DNA from: Octopus sinensis
Lineage: Eukaryota
Reading direction: 5' to 3'
Assembly (NCBI RefSeq): GCF_006345805.1
Contig: NC_043019.1
Span: 9,051,360-9,115,359, forward strand
Length of the DNA stretch: 64,000 bases
Part shown: positions 55,062 to 64,000 of the stretch, piece by piece
Layout: each line of letters begins with the position of its first letter
How positions within the stretch are numbered: the stretch's first letter is position 1
The notes under the pieces: generated by a model
Told to the model about the DNA's origin: nothing
Databases searched by the model: none
What the model saw: only the letters and a program-made list of their open reading frames with translations
Position numbers and translations under genes: made by a program

Positions 55062-55799
55062 GAAATGTTGTCTCGTTTTGTAGTTGACGGGTAACACTTT
55101 ATGCATAACAGTTTTGGAATATGCAGAGCGTTTCGCTTCTAGGTCTTTACCGAGTGAGTATATATGGGTGTGAGTGAGTGATCAAGGGTTCTCTCTACAT
55201 CCTGTTAACAAAAACAAAGAAACAAAGAGAAACGACATTCTTTCCCCCTCCCCTCAATTCGATCCAATCCTGAGTGAATTTATTCATATTTCTCTCGTTC
55301 TTGTTTAGCCTTCATTCAAAACATTCATGGACAAGGATATTCCAAACGTAACCATCTCGTATTTTCTTTAAAATCTTAAGATGGGATTCAATGCACTTTT
55401 GTTTGCCGTATTTCTAGCGACAAATAAAAACACCAAACGGATTTAATTATAAACGTTAAGTATCTTACATTAAGATTTACAGAAATTATTTAAGTAAATT
55501 CTAAACAGGAGGCGACACAAAATACAGAAAAACAAAACAACAGAAAATGGCAGACGACGTAATCTCGTTAATTTCGATAAAATATATAAGCGGCCAAATT
55601 TAATGTAGCGAATACAACGACTCACTGATAATTATGAATGCTTTTGAGGCTATCTTTTGTTTGTTTTTGCTTTTCTCGTTTTATTTTTTGCTTTTTTTTT
55701 TTGTTATTGACGAATGGTTTTAGTTCCACTCAGTCGAGATCAGATTGGCACGTTGTTAATAGTGGCGTTGGCGGTGGTGTAATTGGTGGTGGTGGTGGT

Positions 55800-55828
55800 G
55801 ATTGTCAGCATGGCCTAGTTGGTGTCAA

Positions 55829-55918
<90 letters not shown>

Positions 55919-55960
55919 GCTGAAGCTGATGATGGTGGTGGTGGTGTTGGTGACGGTCGC
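55800..55960. repeat. (AGT)n/(GGT)n trinucleotide tract
   Basis: Direct reading; one-base phase break at ~55876. Confidence 0.9.
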
Positions 55961-56522
55961 GCTATGTGCATCGAGTTCCGTACTGGAGCGTTTATCAGTT
56001 TCGTTGTTTTGTTGTGTGGGTGCCAAAACGCAGAGTGGCTGGAAGAGTAGGCAATACACTTAATGATGGGTGGAGAACAGTAATAATTGATTCTGCCGGA
56101 TACGCCTCATTTGAGACGTAATGGAGCATTGCATATTTCACGAATTGTAAACAAGTTGTCACACGCTTACAAACATACACCAACTTCTCTCCCAGTATAT
56201 ATATCCGTCTCCTTATTTATTTATTTATTTGTACAGTTATATATTTCTTTATAAAACTCTTCCTCTTTTTCTCCCCCGCTCCTCTACATATATGTTTGTG
56301 TAGGTAGCTGCGAATCGAGAAACAGAAAATCGGGAGTAGGTGCTCAACAGACTCAGATTCGAAGCTCATCTCATTTGGCTGAGTATATCTGAGTAACTTC
56401 TTCAGTTAATTTTAATCGAGTTCACAGTAATATAAAAAGAAAAGAAAAAAACTGAATCCTTTATCTATCTCTTTATCTATCTATACATGCACACACATAT
56501 ACATACACATATCTATATATAC

Positions 56523-56559
<37 letters not shown>

Positions 56560-56572
56560 AATACATATAGAC

Positions 56573-56623
<51 letters not shown>

Positions 56624-56994
56624 TGAGTAATGTAATGGTTCCATGAACCATTGCCTTACATATAGATGTTTTAAATATTCATTTTTAAAACCACCGATCT
56701 GTATTATTAATTTTGTCATAATTTGCTAATTTGCATGATTTTGGCTTTAAAAACATTAAAACAGTTTTATATATACATACATATACACATGCACACCCAC
56801 TCACATACATATGTTCATACACGCATACATATGAAAATATACATATAATATCTAGTCATCTATCTATGCCTCTCTCCCTCTCTCTCTCTCTCTGTATATA
56901 TATATAATATAATATAATATAAATAATCTTTGTATGCATATATACATACGTATATGTACATACTTATGTCTATACGTATATATATGAATATGTG

Positions 56995-57176
56995 GGCAGA
57001 GGACCTCACGAAACGTACGAAGCACGATTACATGTAACATGAACTTTTTTCGAAGAACGAAAGACACAAATGGGAAACAAAACAAACAACATAAAGAACG
57101 ACCTTTCATCAGTTGTTGACTGTTTTTCTAGTCTCGTATTTCGAGCATTTAACAACAATATATGCTTTCGACAAAA
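56995..57176 (-). mobile_element. PLE-tail-like repeat, copy 3 of 3
   Basis: Minus strand 'gcat...atgctcgaaatacgagactag..caacaactgatgaaaggtc...gtgaggtcctctgccc' matches 908-1140 and 41646-41888. Confidence 0.6.
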
Positions 57177-57489
57177 TATTTGCCTCCCGCTATGCAAATG
57201 GAATAAAATGTGGTATTTTTGCGGAGGGTCAAAACTGGTAACACAAACAGGACTGTGAAAACAAACAGGAAGGTCTGCTAAATCTAAACGAGGTTGTGGT
57301 GGCGAACGCGTAAATCAAGCTATATATATATATATATGCTGTAGAAAACTGGGAGGTATTTGCAAGTAAATGCGTCATTGGATTGGCTGATTTTCCAATA
57401 TTGTGTTTCCCTTCAATCTGCAGGTATTAAGTTGCATTACTTTTGCTGCGTCACTATATCTTGCAGGCCTTCTCACATAATTCAGATTT

Positions 57490-57640
57490 TGTATTTGGGC
57501 ACCCTTTTGTTTTTGAAGCTAACACTTGACCGGTGCCATGTTGTATCGACCCTGTAGAAATGAAAGGAAAGTTGGCCGCGTCAGGATTTGAACTAATAAC
57601 TTTTAAAGAGCTGAGAGAAATACGCAGAGGATATTTTTCG
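57490..57640 (-). mobile_element. SINE family A, decayed
   Basis: 'tatcgaccctgtagaaatgaaagg..caggatttgaact..aaagagc..gaaatacgc'. Confidence 0.5.
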
Positions 57641-58109
57641 AAAACTCTAAATTTTTCTTCACATTCCCCACTGTCGCACTATCAAATTAATAAATTAGCA
57701 GAATTATAATTCCAGTTAATCGTATTTGTAGGTTGCCATGATAGATCCATAGAGGATGAAGAGGGGGGGGGTTAATTATCTCACTCATTTCGGATTTTTT
57801 TTTTATGGTTTTTAAATATAAAATTGCCTTCGTCATCAGTTGCAGCTTATATGAAATTATATACAAAAATGTCAAAACCGAAAGTACAGAATGTTGACAA
57901 ACTTCTGAATGATATTGGCCAACAAACTGGTACTGCTTGTGAAAAGTATTTACGTTTATTTATTAGATATTACAATAACGACAAAATAAAATGGCTTCAC
58001 AGTTTCTGCCTTAATTGCTCTTAGGAAAAAAAAAAACAACCGTTGAGCAGTTATATGCAGTCGGCAAAAATCTTGAGTGATGCGGAGATTGATATTTCTA
58101 AAATAGACA

Positions 58110-58891
58110 TAAAGCCAGGAATTTGGTGGAGAGAGTCAATCAATCAAATCATCCTCAATTTTCATATAATCGATATGGGAAGGATGAAAGGTGAAGTTGA
58201 TCTCGACAGATTTTAAATTGAATGTAAAGAGTCGGAAGAAATACCGCTCCGCACTTTGTCCGGCACCTTAACGATCCTCACGCCTTCATGTAGGGTTAGT
58301 ATGCTTTCAACATGAATGACATGGACTGCTATTTTGAGTGGAGGGGCAGGTCTAGAGAGAATCGAATTTTATTGATGGAAAAGCAAAGGATTTGAACTCA
58401 GAACGCAAAGAGCCTCAAGAAATACCGCGAAGGAATTATTATTGGTTTAAAATTTTGGCAAACGGCCAACCATTTCAAGGAAGGAGTTAAGACGATTACA
58501 TTGATCCCAGGATTCAACTAGTATCTATTTAATCGACCCCGAAAGGGTAAAAAACTAAGTCGATCCTGGCTGAGTTCATAAAGGCGAACGAAATGCCGCT
58601 GAGCGTTTCGTCCGGCGTACTAACGATCCTGCCTGCCCACCGCCTTTCTAGAAATTAATATTTATTTCTTTATTGCCCACAGGGGGCTAAACACAGAGAG
58701 GATAAACAAGGACAAACAAAGGTACTAAGTCAATTACATCGACCCCAGTGTGTAACTGGTACTTATTTCATTGACCCCGAAAGGATGAAAGGCAAAGTCG
58801 ACCTCGGCGGAATTTGAACTCAGAACGTAACGGCAGACGAAATCCTGCTAAGCATTTCGCCCGACGTTAACGATCCTTCCTGCTCACCGCC
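58110..58891 (-). mobile_element. Stack of 3-4 co-oriented SINE family A copies
   Basis: Copies at ~58110-58290, ~58330-58435 (partial), ~58445-58644 and 58663-58891, each with 'aaggatgaaagg..gaactcagaacg..gaaat.ccgc' remnants. Confidence 0.85.
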
Positions 58892-59020
58892 TTTCCAGAA
58901 ACTAATATTAAAGACGCTTTTACTCTGGCATCAGATGAAGCCTAAAACCTTTTTATCGATAACAATTAATCCTCTGTACGCGTTAATGAAATCAGATAAT
59001 CCAGACTTGAATCTCTCTTT

Positions 59021-59024
<4 letters not shown>

Positions 59025-59097
<73 letters not shown>

Positions 59098-59110
59098 CTC
59101 TCGCTCTCTC
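59025..59110. repeat. (CT)n microsatellite
   Basis: Direct reading. Confidence 0.95.
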
Positions 59111-59741
59111 GTTATAGCAGGTTCCTCTGATACTGAATAGTTAACTCCGAACACCAGCATTCTGCTTAGAACAACTTCTAACCGGTTCCACAGATCAGCG
59201 GTGCAAGAATTCTTCAGATGGAAACATAAATGAATCAACGAAGGCAGAGCAGCATTGAAAACCATTTCCCTTTTCGACCAAAAGATGGTTAGCAGGAAGC
59301 AAAACGAAGAAGGAATTCTTAGCCAGAGAAATGCATTCCAATAAGATTTTGAAATGGTATTTACTTGATGCGACAAGTATTAGTTACGGTTGAGATATGT
59401 TAAGTAATTACATACAACTAATAAACTTTATTTAACGTCTATGAGGAATATGTTGAGTGAATCTAAGGAATTATATTTGGTGTTCGAAAAAGAAATTCTG
59501 GTTCTCGCTACAGTTTTGCCTTTTCTATGCTTACAAGTATTTTGCATTCACAATATATGAATCACGAAAATAACAGGAACCAAGTGCAAAACGAAATATC
59601 ATCGAAACAAATTCTTCGAGAATTCTTCACAAAAACGGTGATCGGGTTAGACACACGATCCACGATCACTTGGACCGTCTACCTATGACAATCCTGGAAA
59701 GCTCTTATATTGCCATATGTACATGTGTATCTAAGAATACT

Positions 59742-59904
59742 GGGAGACTTCAAAAGATTAAAGATTTTCTGTGAACCTGACATTATTGGAAACCTGTAGA
59801 AGATTAATGAGTTTTCCGTTTATTTAGCAATGCTCGGAACCTTCAAAAGATTAAAGGATTTTCCCGCTTGTGTAGTAATATTGGAAACCTTCTAAAGATT
59901 ATCC
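59742..59904. repeat. ~47-bp minisatellite, 3.5 diverged units
   Basis: Units start at 59742, 59788, 59836 and 59883, each beginning 'ggaaaccttc.aaagattaa.g.ttttc'. Confidence 0.75.
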
Positions 59905-60314
59905 TGCAATAATCTTTTGCTTTCGACAGGCATCTTTTCCAGCTCTCATTTTCGCTTTGCCTGATCAATCTAAAATGCGGGGGGGGGATAGATGAGGAAG
60001 GATCGGTACAAACCGATAGCACTCGACAGCAGAAACATATTTCCTGCTGGTTCATAATGAAGTTGATGAATCAGAATAGACAGGAACTGATTACGATCTA
60101 CAAATAAGTTCTCCAATACAACGGTTGTAGAAAGTGTGTTCAACCTCAACTAAAATAGGAGGCAGAAGTAGGAGCGACATTGATTCGATCGCGTCCTCTC
60201 AATATTAGGAATAAAGATAAGGCGTTAAGCATGCCGGACGAAATGCTGAGCGGCGTTAATTCATAGCCGAGCAGTAGCTCCGTAGCAAGTGAGTGAGCCT
60301 CTTCATGGTGACGG

Positions 60315-60712
60315 GCGCGGAGAGGGCCGGTGTCTGAGGTGAATGTTCAGGCCAAGGGCAAGTATAAAAGAGTTGAGGGCACTTACTGCCGTAGAGAGTC
60401 GATGGGAGGGGAGATGAAGTGCGAGTCGCTCTTTGTGTCTTCGACGCCTGACCTCCGCCCGCTGGCGTTTGTTATTTTCCATCAGGTCCATTCGTTCGAC
60501 TATAGCATGTCGTCAGGTTGGGTAGTCTTTGGAAATTGTCTCCCAGACATTTGCATCAATGGAGAAGCAGGAGAGATTGGCCTTGAGCTGGTCTCGCAAA
60601 CAGAATTTGGTGGTTCTGCGTGGGGCTGGTGCCTGAGACTAACTCCGCAAACAGGAACTGGCGGAAGAGGCCGGTTTGAGGCATGCGTATGACGTGCCCC
60701 GACCAGCGGAGG
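60315..60712 (-). mobile_element. RTE-clade (BovB-like) LINE 3' end
   Basis: RWSGHVIRMP..LFAEL, RDQLKANLSCFSIDANVWETISKD..RH, ENNKRQRAEVRRRRHKER..LGLNIHLRH. Confidence 0.85.
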
Positions 60713-61120
60713 TGGGATTGTGCTACGGTGGTGCCAAACCGGGGTTAATGCAGTCCAGAGCAGAACCTCTTCATTGGCAAAGAAAAGTGAAAGTGAGAGA
60801 GTGGGAACATGTTAGGACGAAGCGATGTATTCTAAGTTGATTTTCTAAAAATGTCTCGGGGGTGGGGTTGGGAGAATCGTAATTTTTAATGATTAAAATA
60901 TAGAATTTCAAAGAAATTCAGAAAAATTAGAAATTTGGGCCCGTGTTTTTAATGTAGAAATAAAACCATTTTCGAATATATATAAATGTGATATACAGAA
61001 AATTATACTTTGGAAAAAATATTGTGCAACTTTTCAAGATATCGATCTGGCAAACTTCCACAGAAACACGAACGCTTACACATGCGCACAAACAAACACA
61101 TACACACATACACACATACG

Positions 61121-61188
<68 letters not shown>

Positions 61189-61259
61189 TACTTACATTTC
61201 CAAGCACATATGATGTATTTATGTATATATATATATAAAGTGTATATATCTATGTATAT

Positions 61260-61312
<53 letters not shown>

Positions 61313-61934
61313 CGTATTTGAAGATGCATGTATATGTATGTGTATATATAAGTGTGTGTATTATCTATAATAGATCTAAAAGAATACCTAATCCTTTTTC
61401 CGACTGAGAAGTGTAGAAGGGTGGTGGAGGAGGATGAAGAGGGGGGGTGTTAATTATCTCCCTTATCCATACCATTAACAATTGATTAGACAGCGAGACA
61501 GGGAAAGAGAGAAAGAGGGAAGAAGAGAAAGAAGGAAAGGAAGAGAGCGTCTAGATTAGTCATCTGTTCGGCCTTTTATCTATTTATTTCGTCTAACAAT
61601 TGTTACTGATGAAGTACACCACACATTTCTACTTTATACAGATCTGCCTACATACGAAGGTACATGTATTCACACACATTACAAACTAACACTCTGTCAG
61701 TCTGTCTCCTTCTCTCACTAAATATATATATATATGTATGTGTATGTATACATACATGTACATATATATATATATTATATATATATATATATATACATAT
61801 ACGCGCGTGTGTGTGTGTGTGTGTGTGTGCATGTATGTACGTGATATTTGCGTGTATGTGTGTATATAATTACATTTTAAAATGTAATCTTATATACGCG
61901 AGCCAAAGTCGTAGCCTTTAGACGTTCCTCAGAC

Positions 61935-62240
61935 AAAGGGTAGGGGTTTAAATGAAAATACAAACAGCATCGCAGGGAGACAAAGAGAATTTTGCTGTTC
62001 GAAATATTCTTGTGCCACGCTGTATTCTATCGGTGACAAGAATGTCACTTCTTATGTGTAACATCAAAAAAGCGACCCATGGCGGCGAAGTCCTGCTGTG
62101 TAGAGCGTTCAAAATGGCGCCTGAAACTTTAGCAAGGCGAAAGGTCTTTAGCATCCACGAGTCGGGAACAAAATCAAATGCTTTCTTCTCCTTCACCAAG
62201 AATGACCAAGTTCCTTCAATTTTTTTACATGACGACATTA
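61935..62240 (-). mobile_element. R4/Dong-type (RLE) non-LTR RT fragment
   Basis: KKAFDFVPDSWMLKTFRLAKV..ILNAL..W..LML..VTDRIQRG..SLSP / LFVFSFKPL resembles the R4-clade KKAYDSVPHSWI..RGIFQGDS.SP.LF..PL. Confidence 0.7.
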
Positions 62241-62279
62241 TTAATCAAGATTCTTTCACAAAAATTTCTTTCTTCCCAA

Positions 62280-62558
62280 GGACATATAGCATAGTGGTTA
62301 AGAGCGCATGCTAATAATGCCAAGATTCTTAGTTCGATTCCAGGCAGTGACCTGAATAGTAGTAGTAATAGTAATAATAGTAATAGTAATAATAATGATA
62401 ATAATAATAATAATAACATCTAAAAATAGCTTAAGAATGAGAGCCAAGGTTCGAAATTTCCCCCAAGACACCTGATAAAAGCTGGAGGGTATATCATCCG
62501 AAACGTTGTGTTAACAACAAACAAGATGAGGACAAATAACCGTCAAATGTAAATAATG
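62280..62558 (+). mobile_element. tRNA-headed SINE with (AAT)n linker and hammerhead-bearing tail
   Basis: A-box TAGCATAGTGG (62287-62297), B-box GTTCGATTCC (62332-62341), (AAT/AGT)n linker, HHR fold at 62468-62511. Confidence 0.75.
62468..62511 (+). ncRNA. Minimal type I hammerhead (G8A variant) inside a SINE
   Basis: ACAC-CTGATAA-A-AGCTG-GAGGGTATAT-CATCC-GAAA-C-G-T-T-GTGT: stem I ACAC/GTGT, palindromic ACGT stem III. Core G8 and two stem II pairs are broken in this copy. Confidence 0.55.
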
Positions 62559-64000
62559 TTACCAGCTTCTTGTTCAATACTGATGTTGCCATTAGAATCT
62601 CAGTGGTCTTGAAGAAACCGGTCCAGACAGGTTTATACATCTTAGACATGAGGTTCGGTCATACAAACTGGCCGGTAGTTTTTTGCCGAGGGTCATAATT
62701 CTGGAGCACCACTTTCGTTTGTTATTTCAATATTTCGATCTGGGGTTCAATGGATGAACATAGATGTATACAGATGTATATAGATGTTTCTGAAAATATA
62801 TACACACTTGTAGAATATAACGGGATCGTTGCGCAGATTACAATAGATAATAGCGAGAACAACAATAAGCATAAGGCCCGGACCTAGGGAGGCGGGTGGT
62901 GGGGTAATCGATGACATTGACATTCTGTTAGCTCGTAACCTTAATAAATCTACTATGAATACTGGGCCTGAAATTTAATAATAATCCTTTCTACAAAAGG
63001 CCTGAAATTTTGGGAGAAAGCTGTAGTGTCATCAGCTTCGGGGTTCAGCTGGGATGTATTTCCTCGACCCCCAAAAAATCATTGGCATAGTTCACTTTTC
63101 TATGATTTGAACTCAGTTTATAAAGATCCGAAACAACTGATGCAAGCGAATTCATACAAGCTTTCTGGATTCAAAGATGTTATTAAAACAGACGGGCCTA
63201 CAAAGTCAAAAATCTAATAGAATGGGATGCTGAGGCCAAGACATTATACAGTTTAGGGTTTTTTGAAATTTGCACAAAATTATTTATTGAATATTTATAA
63301 ATGAACAATGTAATTAATTTAGACGCATAAAATAGAGAACGTCCAATCCGACCCAAGAACGAATTAAGACGTACTTTTTGTGTTCGATCAGTGTATTCCC
63401 CTTCCATGTGCTCCGTAACAAAATATGCAAATAGCTGGTGAGCTTTCGGAATGGCTTAGAAAGCGCTTGCATCATGGTAGTAGTTGGTCACCATTCCATG
63501 CCACGGAGTTATTTTCACTGCCAGGTCACTCATATTCAGTTCGTTTTATGGATGGCAACGTTAACAAAAATCTGTTGATTATTCCGTGCAAATTGCTCGT
63601 AACAACACTTTGCAGTCTCTAAAATTAGCCGGCCCCTTTTTTTTTTTTTTTTTTTTTGCATCTAATAAAATTCTCTTGTGTGTTTCTCTATGTGTGCGCC
63701 GTTGCTATTAAGAATAACGTTTAAATTATTCAAATTAACGCTTTTAATTGCTGAACTACTATTTCCCATGTACAATGTTTTCCAGCCTTTATCTTTTCTG
63801 TTCTTTGATGTAGAACCATTCTTTGATGTTTAGATGTTTGCGTTAAAACATTGCCTTGACATTTCTCTCCGAGAATCCATCTTGAATGAGCTGAAATCTA
63901 AACAGAATTTCAAAAATAGAATTATGTCAAAAACCAAAAGCCTTCGCCCGTAATAGGAGGAAATGTTCTCGAGTTGAAAACAATATTTTCAGAAATGTTT

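Overview
AT-rich, microsatellite-saturated animal DNA, most likely octopus (coleoid cephalopod). This is inferred from the (TA)n/(TG)n/(GATA)n load and two abundant tRNA-headed SINE families I recognise as octopus-type; it was not verified by a search. No host gene could be named, and almost every ORF in the supplied track is a microsatellite translation. What can be identified is transposon debris: Penelope-like elements (PLE; a ~3.8 kb Naiad-type relic at 19.4-23.3 kb plus fragments at 10.5-11.4 and 23.9-24.3 kb), RTE LINE fragments, an R4/Dong-type RT fragment, a mariner relic, a maT/DD37D-like fragment and many SINE copies. The signal not explained by the ORF track is a dense set of type I hammerhead ribozyme (HHR) folds, about 13 intact or decayed motifs from several unrelated families. 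They include a 157-bp inverted repeat carrying two divergent HHRs (3146-3470) and a tRNA-headed, Pol III-type SINE whose 3' part is a PLE-style minimal hammerhead (62280-62558). Candidate host exons are weak; the best is a phase-compatible pair at 18711-19193. There is one 100-N assembly gap. All coordinates were counted by hand and element boundaries are approximate.
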